Notes: generated by a model not told the origin, from the letters alone. Numbered from the stretch's first letter, positions 18,580-27,645 are shown. The stretch: DNA of 51,667 bases from Patescibacteria group bacterium (GCA_023473595.1 JAMCYV010000025.1:1-51667); one strand, 5' to 3'. Numbers and translations are program-made.

Positions 18580-18860
18580 TAGGTCAGATTGCCATGTATC
18601 TGATTGGCCTTGGGATCTGTACAGCCTGCCTAAAGGGTTTCATGAGCGATTGCATTACCCATGGCCGTCCAATCAGGCCTTACCTCTTTGCCTTGGCTGG
18701 AGTTGGCGCCTACATAAGCTGGCTTTATGGAGATTTCTTTAAATTTTCCATCTGGGGTTTTGAGGGCTCGATGCGAGAAAGTAGCGTCTTAATAGCTCTC
18801 ATTGCAGCTGCCTGTTGGAAAACCTTCTCTTTCAGGCAAAATAAAGCCCGGCTCAGCTAG
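18573..18860 (+). CDS. Small membrane protein, locally G+C-rich
   Basis: 95-aa hydrophobic ORF, translationally coupled to 18247..18579. Confidence 0.5.
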   Translation: MVIGQIAMYLIGLGICTACLKGFMSDCITHGRPIRPYLFALAGVGAYISWLYGDFFKFSIWGFEGSMRESSVLIALIAAACWKTFSFRQNKARLS

Positions 18861-18881
18861 CCTACAAGAAATTGAGGTTGT

Positions 18882-18905
18882 GGCGGGGATCACTGGATCC
18901 CCGCC
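18882..18905 (+). terminator. Perfect 10-bp GC hairpin after the two-gene membrane module
   Basis: ggcggggatc-actg-gatccccgcc. The T-run follows only about 25 nt later. Confidence 0.5.
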
Positions 18906-18977
18906 TGAGAGATCGCTCAATGAGTGGTCTTTTTTTATTTATCTTTTCTCTGTAAAATGGTTTAGTTAAAAACTTTT

Positions 18978-19994
18978 ATGATAATAAAATTTAAAGACTT
19001 AAAAAAATTACAAAAAGAAAAAACCGTCTATACGGCCGGCTGCTTTGATATCCTCCATCAAGGACACTTAAATCATTTTCAGATCGTTAAAGGGAACTTT
19101 CCCAATCATAAGCTAGTGGTTGGTATTTTACCGGATAAAAAAGTTAAAAAACTGAAGGGGGTAGGACGGCCGATTTTGAGTGAAAAAGAAAGAGCGAGGA
19201 TTGTAGATTCTTTGAAATACGTCGATTATGTCTTTGTTTGTCCCTTTAGCGAAGAGAGTATTACTTTTCAAGTTATCAAAAAAATGCAAGGTGATTATGT
19301 AGTTGTTGAGGAAAGATGGAGGCCCTTTGAAAGGGATTTTAATAAAATCGGCGCCAAATTCTTTTATAAAAAACGTTATCCTTATCAGGCATCGTCTAAA
19401 ATTATTAGGAAAATAAGGGAAGAAGGCCAAGTAGAAAAATTTATATTGAAAATAACTAAAAATAAAAAACCCGACAAGAAGCCCTTGGCAATAATGCTTT
19501 ACGGTCTTTCCGCTTCAGGGAAGACGACAGTTGCCAACATTCTCGAGAAAGAGCTCGGTTTTGTTGCCTTGGGAAGACTTAGCATGGAAGGGTTTTTCGA
19601 CATCCCTATGAGTGTTGACTATGAAAGGGCTTTAGGGAAAATAAGACGGTTGGTGACAGAAAAAATATTAGCTAATAACTTTAGTATAATCCTTGATTTC
19701 TGCCATCTTAAGCCAAAAACTAGGGAGATTTATCGAAAAATTTGCCAAAAATACAATATCCCCATTATCCTTGTCATGGTTATCTGCGATCCTATCGATT
19801 TAAAAGAAAGGCTTAAAAAAAGAGAAGAGACAATTGACGATTATCCTCTAAAATTCTCAAATATTAAATTCCAAGAAAAAATACTCGGATTTGATGACGA
19901 TGCTGTTATTGTTAACACTTCCAAGGATTTGAAGCCCCAGATCGGAAAAGTCTTAGAGAAAATAGCAGAACTAAACGAATTAATTAAAGTTTAA
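18978..19994 (+). CDS. Fusion: cytidylyl/adenylyltransferase (HldE domain II/TagD-like) + P-loop kinase-like domain
   Basis: N-terminal half: TAGCFDILHQGHLNHF...LKGVGRPILSEKERARIVDSLKYVDYVFV. C-terminal half: Walker A LYGLSASGKTTVA. Confidence 0.7.
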   Translation: MIIKFKDLKKLQKEKTVYTAGCFDILHQGHLNHFQIVKGNFPNHKLVVGILPDKKVKKLKGVGRPILSEKERARIVDSLKYVDYVFVCPFSEESITFQVIKKMQGDYVVVEERWRPFERDFNKIGAKFFYKKRYPYQASSKIIRKIREEGQVEKFILKITKNKKPDKKPLAIMLYGLSASGKTTVANILEKELGFVALGRLSMEGFFDIPMSVDYERALGKIRRLVTEKILANNFSIILDFCHLKPKTREIYRKICQKYNIPIILVMVICDPIDLKERLKKREETIDDYPLKFSNIKFQEKILGFDDDAVIVNTSKDLKPQIGKVLEKIAELNELIKV

Positions 19995-20004
19995 TCGACA
20001 TGGA

Positions 20005-20030
20005 GAAGCCCGGCCTTTAGGCCGGGCTTC
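20005..20030. terminator. Perfect 11-bp hairpin between convergent genes
   Basis: gaagcccggcc-ttta-ggccgggcttc. Confidence 0.6.
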
Positions 20031-20055
20031 AACGCCATCGATTGACGGCGGCAGG

Positions 20056-20418
20056 TCAGAATGGGATTGTCGATAAGTCGGCGGCTGGTTCTTTGCACTG
20101 CATAAAGGTATAAAAGAAACGTTCGCCATGGATCGATTCGATGGCTTTGATAGTCGAGAGACTGGGGTTTATGACCTTGACTTCGCAAACCTTCTCATCG
20201 ATCGCTTTGACCAATCGAATTAGAACTTCGTCGTCGGCATGGACACTGTTGAAGTCGAGAACGACCTTTTGAACTTGGAAGGCGTCAATGACCGCCATAG
20301 CGGGTGTCCTCAACATGTCTATCTGATCCTGATTCAGGGTTTTACTACCGTTGGCTTTAACCTTGAGGACAAGGTTGCCGTCTTCGTAAGCTAAATCGAT
20401 CGATACTCCCATTTTCAT
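20056..20418 (-). CDS. Hypothetical protein, possibly STAS-like; locally G+C-rich
   Basis: The 120-aa ORF contains VVLDFNSVHADDEVLIRLVKAI...VKVINPSLSTIKAIE, which loosely resembles anti-sigma antagonist folds. Confidence 0.45.
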   Translation of the reverse strand: MKMGVSIDLAYEDGNLVLKVKANGSKTLNQDQIDMLRTPAMAVIDAFQVQKVVLDFNSVHADDEVLIRLVKAIDEKVCEVKVINPSLSTIKAIESIHGERFFYTFMQCKEPAADLSTIPF

Positions 20419-20577
20419 TTTTTAAGGTTCACCTCCCAGAGAACTTGAAAATTATTTTTCTAATCTTACCATTAGCCTTTTTTCTTGTCTAGGGTTTTGT
20501 CCACTCTTAGAAATCCTCGAACTATAATTTTATTGTAAAAAAAGCATTTTATTATTATAATTAGGGAAAATTAGACC

Positions 20578-21264
20578 ATGAAAGATATCAACATAAAGAA
20601 ATGTTTGGAATTTCAGGAATGCTTTATCCATGACGGAGTTATTTCGCCTTATGAGTTTGCAAAGGACTACAAGGTATTCTTTCCTCTTGCTATTCTTGGT
20701 GAGATAGGTGGTATATTGAACTGCTATTGCAAAACCATTAGAAGTCCTCATTCTTATAAAGATGATCTAGAAAATGAAGCAGTGGATGTGTTCATTTATT
20801 TTCTCCATTTGATCCAGATGCAAGAAATGAATGAAACAATAAACATTTCTAGTACATTGGAAGCAAACTGGGATAAAAAAATTGAAAAAATTATAAATGG
20901 GGAGGAATTTTATAAAAAGATACTTGAATTACATGGATATGTTTCAGAGTTTTTAAATATCAAAGAAAAACTTTCAGATAAAGAGCATTATAAAAAAATA
21001 TTTTTCTGTATAAAAAGCATAGATAACTTCTTAAGTGGTCAGCCTTGGCAGGAATCTATAAATAATTTTCATAGAATGGCTATTCAGGAGTTCACTAATG
21101 TTCAAAAATATACCCCCGATTTCTGGTACAATGGGAGCTGTTTTGTAAATTTTAATAAATTGCTTGATTTTATTTTAGATAACGATATAGAACTACCTCA
21201 AAAAAGAATCCTCTTTTTAGAGAGAATGTCTCATCTGCAAAAAGAGAAGACAATCTCTAAGTAA
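20578..21264 (+). CDS. Hypothetical protein with MazG-like N-terminal domain
   Basis: LAILGEIGGILNCYCKTIR...LENEAVDVFIYFLHLIQ resembles the NTP-PPase helix pair. The roughly 130-aa C-terminal part is of unknown function. Confidence 0.45.
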   Translation: MKDINIKKCLEFQECFIHDGVISPYEFAKDYKVFFPLAILGEIGGILNCYCKTIRSPHSYKDDLENEAVDVFIYFLHLIQMQEMNETINISSTLEANWDKKIEKIINGEEFYKKILELHGYVSEFLNIKEKLSDKEHYKKIFFCIKSIDNFLSGQPWQESINNFHRMAIQEFTNVQKYTPDFWYNGSCFVNFNKLLDFILDNDIELPQKRILFLERMSHLQKEKTISK

Positions 21265-21314
21265 CTAAAGGGTTTTGTCTACTGGTTTATAAAAATTCTC
21301 AAACTATAATTGGG

Positions 21315-21370
21315 GGTAGGTAACTAGGTAATTAGGAAACTAGGGAATTAGTTGATTAAGGAATTGGGGG
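21315..21370. repeat. Low-complexity TAGG/TAATTAG word tract
   Basis: ggtaggtaactaggtaattaggaaactagggaattagttgattaaggaattggggg. Confidence 0.65.
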
Positions 21371-21386
21371 ATTATACTCTGAAAGA

Positions 21387-21437
21387 GATTCCTCGACTAT
21401 CGCTCGGAATGACAGATTCTGGTCAAGCCAGAATGAC
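21387..21437. repeat. Two adjacent GTCATTCYGR-family hairpin units (reverse orientation)
   Basis: gattcctcgactatcgctcggaatgac matches the reverse complement of 4210-4236 at 25 of 27 positions. gattctggtcaagccagaatgac is identical to 33243-33265. Confidence 0.8.
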
Positions 21438-21490
21438 AAATTATTTGTAATATTTGTATGATTTGTATCTGATTAGTAGATTTGTAACTT

Positions 21491-22636
21491 ATGAAAAGAG
21501 GAATTGCGACTTTTACTTTGGACTGGGGCAAATGTCCGCCATGGCTTTACGAAAGGATGGTAAAGCTGGGACGGGAGATGGTTCGTGTCTTGGCCCAAGA
21601 ATACGGACCGGATGAATTTATAAAAAGAATGGGGGACCCGGTCTGGTTCCAGTCTTTGGGTACTGTTCTCGCTTTTGATTGGAATGCAAGCGGGCTTACG
21701 ACGATTCTCACTGCTGCTCTCAAAGATTCCATCAAAGGCCAGGAAAAAGACTTGGGTATTTTTATCTGTGGCGGGAAGGGGAAGACTTCTCGGAAAACTC
21801 CGGATCAAATTACAGAATGGGGATACAAACTTTCTTTGCCGGAGCCGGACACAAAAAATCTCATTTACAATTCCAAAATGAGTGCCAAAGTGGACAGCTC
21901 CTTAATCCAAGATGGGTTTCAAATTTATCATCATTCCTTCATGTTTTCTCGAAATGGCGCCTGGACAGTGGTCCAGCAGGGGATGAACACAGAGAATCAG
22001 ACCGCTCGTCGCTACCATTGGCATTCGGGAAATGTTAAGGATTTGATAAATGAACCTCACACTGGGATTGCTTCCCAGTCATTTAAAAAAGAGGTCTTAA
22101 ATATGACCGCAAGCGAGAGCGATAAAAACCGAGCGCTTTCAACTGACCTTATTAAGGCCGGCTACAAGACGGTCATGAAAGATATTGAGCTTCTTAGGAA
22201 GCACTCGACCGAGTTTTCGCGGATGATTTCTCTAAAAAAAGGCTCCGAAACCTTGACAGCTGTTGAACTCCGAAGAGAAGACTTTAAAACCCATCCGGTT
22301 TTAGGAGAAGATTTCGGCAAAAGTAAATATTTAGAGAAGATTCTGGCAAAATTAACCGAGGAGAAACCGGAAAGTTACGAAAGACTTCTGGCGACGGAAG
22401 GGGTGGGGCCGAAAACTATCCGAGCTCTTTCCTTGGTTTCCGAAATTATCTACGGCGCAGAACCCTCCTATACCGACCCGGCTCGCTATTCTTTTGCTCA
22501 TGGTGGGAAAGATAGTATCCCTTATCCTGTAGATCGTAAAACTTACGACCAGACAATTGAGACTATGCAAAAGGCAGTTAAAAAAACCAGACTCTCAGGC
22601 AGTGAAAAATCTCAAATATTAGTAAGGCTGAAATGA
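21491..22636 (+). CDS. DUF763 domain-containing protein
   Basis: The N-terminus FTLDWGKCPPWLYERMVKLGREMVRVLAQEYGPDEF is typical of DUF763. The gene is locally G+C-rich. Confidence 0.75.
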   Translation: MKRGIATFTLDWGKCPPWLYERMVKLGREMVRVLAQEYGPDEFIKRMGDPVWFQSLGTVLAFDWNASGLTTILTAALKDSIKGQEKDLGIFICGGKGKTSRKTPDQITEWGYKLSLPEPDTKNLIYNSKMSAKVDSSLIQDGFQIYHHSFMFSRNGAWTVVQQGMNTENQTARRYHWHSGNVKDLINEPHTGIASQSFKKEVLNMTASESDKNRALSTDLIKAGYKTVMKDIELLRKHSTEFSRMISLKKGSETLTAVELRREDFKTHPVLGEDFGKSKYLEKILAKLTEEKPESYERLLATEGVGPKTIRALSLVSEIIYGAEPSYTDPARYSFAHGGKDSIPYPVDRKTYDQTIETMQKAVKKTRLSGSEKSQILVRLK

Positions 22637-22690
22637 TTCTTTAGAAAAATCATTAATGAATCTTTTCCTAGCCTCTAAGAAAATAAAGGA

Positions 22691-23407
22691 ATGAATAAAA
22701 TTCCTTCAGGATATAGTCTTGCCGATATTCATATTCATTCCGATTGCAGTGACGGTCTGGATTCAGTTAAGACTATTTTAGATAAAGTAAAAGATGATGG
22801 ATTTCTGTCTATAGTTTGTGTTACTGACCACGACACTTTGAAAGGATCGGAGATTGCTTGGGAAAAAAGAGAAAATTATTCTTTTGAAATTATTAAAGGG
22901 GTCGAGGTTATGAGTGGCGATGGGGAAATAATCGGCCTTTTTATTAATAAAAATATTCCAAAAGGTTTATCTGGTGAAGAGACAATAAAAAGGATTCATA
23001 ACCAAAACGGGCTAGCAATCGCTACACATCCTTTCGTTTTCCCTTATTTAGAATTAGGAGGAAAAGGGGTTGGTTTTAAGGCGCGAAAGCTGGATTTGGA
23101 TGGGGTTGAAATGATAAACGGCGGCCCCCTGGCCTCTTATTCCAACTTTTTTGCCCGTTTTTTTACCGCAAATTGGGTGTTGCTTAGATTAGGCGGCAGC
23201 GACTCTCATCTAGCTAAAAGTGTAGGCTCGGTAGTCACAATTTTCCCAGGGGAGACTGCCGAAGACTTTCGAAAAGCAATTTTAGAAAATACCGTAATTC
23301 CTGTGCGTTTAAAGCCCATCTTAAAAGAAGTTTTTATTTATGGAACGCATGGGCTTAATTTTAAAGCAAGGATTAGAAGGCGGAAAAAAAGATGCGGCGA
23401 AGATTAG
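22691..23407 (+). CDS. PHP domain metal-dependent phosphoesterase
   Basis: ADIHIHSDCSDG, VTDHDT, ATHPF, GGSDSH. Confidence 0.85.
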   Translation: MNKIPSGYSLADIHIHSDCSDGLDSVKTILDKVKDDGFLSIVCVTDHDTLKGSEIAWEKRENYSFEIIKGVEVMSGDGEIIGLFINKNIPKGLSGEETIKRIHNQNGLAIATHPFVFPYLELGGKGVGFKARKLDLDGVEMINGGPLASYSNFFARFFTANWVLLRLGGSDSHLAKSVGSVVTIFPGETAEDFRKAILENTVIPVRLKPILKEVFIYGTHGLNFKARIRRRKKRCGED

Positions 23408-23445
23408 AAATTTTATTAATGAAATAAATTCTAATTTAAGAAAAG

Positions 23446-23874
23446 ATGGGATTATACCTTAAAAATGGAGTGGTGCCTGTGGATCGGGAAGTGATAGAGG
23501 AGATAAGAAAGATCAGAGAAAGAGCAAGGAGAACGGCCGATTTTTTGAAGGAACATCCTGCTTCCAATCGAAAGACAGAATCTATTCGTCAGCTCTTAAC
23601 TGAGGCAACTGAAGATATTGATGCTCTTTTTATCACCAAGAACAAAACGATTCTAAAAGAAGAGCATTATCGAGATATCTACGTCAAAGTGAAACGTACC
23701 AAGTGGTATCGGGATCTTGTAGCGAGGATCAAGAGTCTGGAGATTGATTTTCGAGTTTGGCCACTGGAAATGGTCATTTTCCTTTTAGGAGCCAAGATTG
23801 GCCAGCCGGTAAAAGAACTTGAGAAAAAAGAAGTCATCGAAATAATGGAAATCATTGCCGAGACTAAACTGTAG
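23446..23874 (+). CDS. Hypothetical protein
   Basis: 142-aa ORF followed by a strong terminator. No family was recognised. Confidence 0.55.
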   Translation: MGLYLKNGVVPVDREVIEEIRKIRERARRTADFLKEHPASNRKTESIRQLLTEATEDIDALFITKNKTILKEEHYRDIYVKVKRTKWYRDLVARIKSLEIDFRVWPLEMVIFLLGAKIGQPVKELEKKEVIEIMEIIAETKL

Positions 23875-23879
23875 AAAAA

Positions 23880-23906
23880 GGCTCCGTCAAAAGCGGAGCC
23901 TTTTTA
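23880..23906 (+). terminator. Rho-independent terminator
   Basis: ggctccg-tcaaaag-cggagcc followed by ttttt. Confidence 0.8.
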
Positions 23907-23953
23907 TAAAAAATGCCAATTAAATTTTGACCGAAGAATCCTATCATTTAGCA

Positions 23954-24175
23954 ATGAAAAAAAAGTTATATAGGTCGAAAACCAATCGGGTCTTTTTCGG
24001 GATTTGCGGCGGAATGGGGGAATACTTCGGGATTGATCCGGTAATCGTCAGGGTCATTTTTGTTATCCTTGCGGTAATTACCGGCGGTCTTTGGATTATT
24101 GCCTATATTATTATGATCTTCATAATCCCGGAAAAGCCGAGACAGGAACAGACTGAAGAGGAAAAAAGAGAATAA
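23954..24175 (+). CDS. PspC domain-containing membrane protein
   Basis: KKLYRSKTNRVFFGICGGMGEYFGIDPVIVRVIFVIL. The ORF track starts at TTG 23927; ATG 23954 is preferred. Confidence 0.8.
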   Translation: MKKKLYRSKTNRVFFGICGGMGEYFGIDPVIVRVIFVILAVITGGLWIIAYIIMIFIIPEKPRQEQTEEEKRE

Positions 24176-24185
24176 CCTCTAAGAG

Positions 24186-24542
24186 ATGATTAAAATCAAG
24201 CGAGTTTACGAGGGAAAAAGCCCTGAAGATGGCAAGCGGATCTTAATAGATAGACTTTGGCCAAGAGGGCTTAAAAAAGAAATAGCCCAAATAGACCTTT
24301 GGGCTAAAGAAATCGCTCCTAGTACCGAACTTAGAAAAAAGTTTGGCCACAGGGAGGATAACTGGGACGAATTTGCAAAAGAATATTTTAGGGAGCTGGA
24401 TCAGAAAAAGGAAATTACCTCTCTTATCAAAGAAGAAATGGGGGAAAACCCTGAAATAACTTTTGTCTATTCAGCAAAAGATAAGGAGCATAACAATGCT
24501 ATTGCTTTGAAAGATTATTTGGAGGGGAGGAAAAATGTTTAA
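24186..24542 (+). CDS. DUF488 domain-containing protein
   Basis: IKRVYEGKSPEDGKRILIDRLWPRGLKKE...WAKEIAPSTELRKKFGH. Confidence 0.85.
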   Translation: MIKIKRVYEGKSPEDGKRILIDRLWPRGLKKEIAQIDLWAKEIAPSTELRKKFGHREDNWDEFAKEYFRELDQKKEITSLIKEEMGENPEITFVYSAKDKEHNNAIALKDYLEGRKNV

Positions 24543-24735
24543 GTGGAAAACCAAGGAAGAAAAAGAAGAGCTTACAAGAAAAAGGATTATCATTCTTTTA
24601 TCTATTCTTACTGTTCTTATATTCCTCTCCATTTTTAGGTTTCTTACTGAAGAGGATACCTGGATTTGCCAAGACGGAGCCTGGGTCAAACACGGAAAAC
24701 CCATAAGCGAAATGCCAGAGGAACCCTGTGAGTAG
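24535..24735 (+). CDS. Small single-TM protein
   Basis: 66-aa ORF that overlaps the DUF488 stop, with GGAGGGGAGG upstream. Confidence 0.45.
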   Translation: MFKWKTKEEKEELTRKRIIILLSILTVLIFLSIFRFLTEEDTWICQDGAWVKHGKPISEMPEEPCE

Positions 24736-24811
24736 TTAAAAATGGAAAAAGTAACAATGAAAATCTTCACACTCAAAGTTAATCTTTTCCTAGACGTAAA
24801 TAGGAGGTCTT

Positions 24812-25198
24812 ATGGCAGATAACCAAGAAGAATACAAAGAAAGAAGAAAGACTGTTCCCAGAGGGGTTACTTATATTTACATCCTGGATTGGATTACATT
24901 TGCGCTTTTAATTTTAGGGCTTTTTGGTGTCTTGGTTCCGCTTCTAATAGTCCCTCCTTACCCGATTAGCGGGGGGAGAATCGGCGGCGGAGCCGCTGGT
25001 GTCAGCGTTACCGGATTTTTTGCGCTTCTTACTTTGATAGCAATTTACGCAGTTTATTCTCGAAAGCGCTGGGGAAAAATTTACCATACAATTTTTAGCC
25101 TCGTTCTTCTTCTTGCTTTTCCTATTGGCACGATCTTGCAGGGCTTAGTCCTATATTTTCTTTACGCCGATCCCAAGGTAGGAGAATATTTTAAATAG
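24812..25198 (+). CDS. Membrane protein (3-4 TM)
   Basis: 128-aa ORF with AGGAGG 6 nt upstream. Confidence 0.55.
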   Translation: MADNQEEYKERRKTVPRGVTYIYILDWITFALLILGLFGVLVPLLIVPPYPISGGRIGGGAAGVSVTGFFALLTLIAIYAVYSRKRWGKIYHTIFSLVLLLAFPIGTILQGLVLYFLYADPKVGEYFK

Positions 25199-25213
25199 TT
25201 CTTAAAAGAAGAA

Positions 25214-25240
25214 CGACCGCGTCAGGCGCGGCCGTTTTTG
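25214..25240. terminator. Hairpin plus T-run between convergent genes
   Basis: cgaccgcg-tcagg-cgcggccg followed by ttttt. Confidence 0.6.
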
Positions 25241-25243
25241 ATT

Positions 25244-25627
25244 CTACCCAGGAATGACGATCTCATGAGCGAAGCAGGGGAAACGTCCTAAATAGTCGAG
25301 GCGTTCTGCAAACCCCCTCTTGAAGGGGTAAAAAAAAGTCATTCCTGCAATGCCAGGATCAGGGAAGATTTGGTTTATGACCGATCCTTCCGCACAATCT
25401 TGAATGCGATAATTCTGGAGAATCCGGCCATCTTCATCTTCTAGCGAAAGCTGAAATTCTCTGTTTAGGGAAGTTAATGTTTGCCCCAGGTATGGAACTA
25501 CGCTCTCTAAGCAAACGAGGATTTCCGCTATGTCGTTTTCCAGAATTAATCCTGGCATATGAACTCGGTGGAAATGGTCGATAAAGACTACCCGAATAAG
25601 CGCGGGGGTTCCCAAAACCTTTATCAT
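25244..25627 (-). CDS. Hypothetical protein, locally G+C-rich
   Basis: The start was moved to the internal ATG (MIKVLG...), which lies 5 nt after AAGGAGG. No family was recognised. Confidence 0.5.
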   Translation of the reverse strand: MIKVLGTPALIRVVFIDHFHRVHMPGLILENDIAEILVCLESVVPYLGQTLTSLNREFQLSLEDEDGRILQNYRIQDCAEGSVINQIFPDPGIAGMTFFYPFKRGFAERLDYLGRFPCFAHEIVIPG

Positions 25628-25764
25628 CAAATCCTCCTTAAGATTTGAACGTCCTTTACCAGCTCTGAAACTCGCGACTATTTTAACATAAAAACTATAG
25701 AAAATCAAGGTTTTCTCGTATTAATAGCTCTTTAAAAGCCTCTTTTTGGGTTTAAAATTGGAGT

Positions 25765-26493
25765 ATGAAACTTGGTGATTTATTTAAAAGAAAAATTAAA
25801 ATTTCAGTTATTATCCCTGCTTTAAATGAAGAAAATTTCATTGGCGACACAGTAAAAGCGGTAAGAAAGCAGAAGTTTTCAAAAAAAGAATATGAAATTA
25901 TCGTTGTCGATAACGGGAGCACTGATAAAACGGCCCTTAGAGCTAAAGCTGCCGGTGCTGATAAAATCGTTTACGAGGAAAATAGAGGAATTAATTTTGC
26001 TAAGTCTAAAGGAATTTCAGTTTCGAAGGGCGAAATTATCGCCTTTTTAGATGCTGACTGCCGTCCAAAGCCGGGATGGCTTCAATCGATAGAAAAGTCT
26101 TTTAAAGAAAATCATAACCTCGGCTGTCTGTCTGGACCTTACGGCTATGAACTTGAGAAAATCGGCGTCTTTTATGATTTTACTCAAAAAGTAATTTTCC
26201 CTTTAGCCATAAAAGCCTTGAATTTGCTTACCGGCAAAAAGGGGGCCTTAGCACTTGGCGGGAATATGGCTCTTAAAAGAAGCGCGATAGAAGAAATCGG
26301 CGGATTAGACGTACATTACACTTTCTGGGGCGAAGATACCGATACTGTTCTTAGAATCGTTCGGAAAGGATATGAAGCTGTTTTTGATTCTGAATTTGCC
26401 GTTTTTAGCTCGCCAAGGAGGCTTAAAGAAGGCCATATCAATATTGCTTTAAAATATATTTCTGTTTATTTGGAGCGTTATTTCAAAGATTAA
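25765..26493 (+). CDS. Glycosyltransferase family 2
   Basis: ISVIIPALNEE, VVDNGSTD, FLDADC. Confidence 0.88.
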   Translation: MKLGDLFKRKIKISVIIPALNEENFIGDTVKAVRKQKFSKKEYEIIVVDNGSTDKTALRAKAAGADKIVYEENRGINFAKSKGISVSKGEIIAFLDADCRPKPGWLQSIEKSFKENHNLGCLSGPYGYELEKIGVFYDFTQKVIFPLAIKALNLLTGKKGALALGGNMALKRSAIEEIGGLDVHYTFWGEDTDTVLRIVRKGYEAVFDSEFAVFSSPRRLKEGHINIALKYISVYLERYFKD

Positions 26494-26562
26494 CTTCTTT
26501 GGAGCTTTTGATGATGATAGTCAAATCACAAGATGGAAAAATATTCTTAAGGGTTTAAACCA

Positions 26563-26754
26563 ATGAAATTTTGGGAGTGGTTAGCTATAATACTTATTAT
26601 TATTGGAGCTTTGAATTGGGGATCAATTGGTTTCTTTAGGTTTGATTTTGTAGCTTTTGTTTTCGGAACTTTATCCGTCGTTTCAAGAGTCATCTATGCT
26701 GTAATCGGCTTGGCCGGGATCTACTTTATTATTTTCTTGGTTGAAAAAGAATGA
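26563..26754 (+). CDS. DUF378 domain membrane protein
   Basis: IIIGALNWGSIGFFRFDFVAFVFG. Confidence 0.8.
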   Translation: MKFWEWLAIILIIIGALNWGSIGFFRFDFVAFVFGTLSVVSRVIYAVIGLAGIYFIIFLVEKE

Positions 26755-26772
26755 AATAATACGAGGGTTTTA

Positions 26773-27645
26773 ATGGCTAAAAGAACAAGTATTTTATTCT
26801 GGATTTTATTTTTAATCTTTGTTTTTGGATTTGGGGGTTATTCGCTAAGTAAAATTAGAAATACTAAAAATCCTATTAGAGTTTCAAACGAAAAAGTTTT
26901 TATAAAACCCGAAGAGCCAAAAAAAGAGGAAAAGCTTGCGCCAAGCTCTTTTCTGATCCCTAAGTCGGACAGGACAGTCAAAAATTTTAAAATTCCGATT
27001 TTGATGTACCACCAGATAAGGGACTATAATAATCCTAAAGACAATATTAATACCAATCTTTCGGTCTCTCCTTTAAATTTCAAAAAACAGCTTGACTTTC
27101 TTAAAGCGAGCGGCTACGAAACGATAGGTTTCGAAGAGCTTTTAAAAATCTATTCAGGGGAAGCGGATTTTGCCAAGAAACCGGTTATTTTAACTTTTGA
27201 CGACGGCTATCGAAATTTCTACACAGACGCCTTTCCGCTTTTAAAGGAGAGGCAGATGAAAGGTGTTGTTTTTATCCCTTCGAATTTTGTCGGGGCGCTA
27301 GCCTATCTTACCGGGGAGCAGATTAAATTTTTAAGTGATTGGGGCATTATTATCGGCGACCACTCTGTTTCCCATATCGATCTTGCTAAGGGCTCTATTT
27401 CTCTCCAGACGGAAGAACTTAAATCGAGCAAAATAGCTCTAGAAAAAATCATCGGGAAACCGGTTTTAGACCTTGCTTATCCTTTGGGCAAATATAATAA
27501 CCAAACGATAGAAATAGCGAAATCTTTAGGTTTTCGGACGGCTGTTACCACAAACTATGGCCTTATATCACCTTCATCCAATCTAATGCAGCTTCAAAGG
27601 ATTCGGGTGACCAATAATACCAACTTAGCCGGTTTCTTGCCCTAG
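26773..27645 (+). CDS. Polysaccharide deacetylase (NodB homology) family protein
   Basis: TM anchor, LTFDDGYRNFYTDAFPLL, GDHSVSH. Confidence 0.85.
   Translation: MAKRTSILFWILFLIFVFGFGGYSLSKIRNTKNPIRVSNEKVFIKPEEPKKEEKLAPSSFLIPKSDRTVKNFKIPILMYHQIRDYNNPKDNINTNLSVSPLNFKKQLDFLKASGYETIGFEELLKIYSGEADFAKKPVILTFDDGYRNFYTDAFPLLKERQMKGVVFIPSNFVGALAYLTGEQIKFLSDWGIIIGDHSVSHIDLAKGSISLQTEELKSSKIALEKIIGKPVLDLAYPLGKYNNQTIEIAKSLGFRTAVTTNYGLISPSSNLMQLQRIRVTNNTNLAGFLP

Noticed and set aside
21473-22570. Alternative-frame and antisense ORFs within the DUF763 gene (21473..21808, 21547..21735, 21675..21881, 21679..22038, 22352..22570).
   Set aside because: The locally higher G+C lowers stop-codon frequency in all frames. 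Only the 381-aa frame has a recognisable conserved N-terminus.
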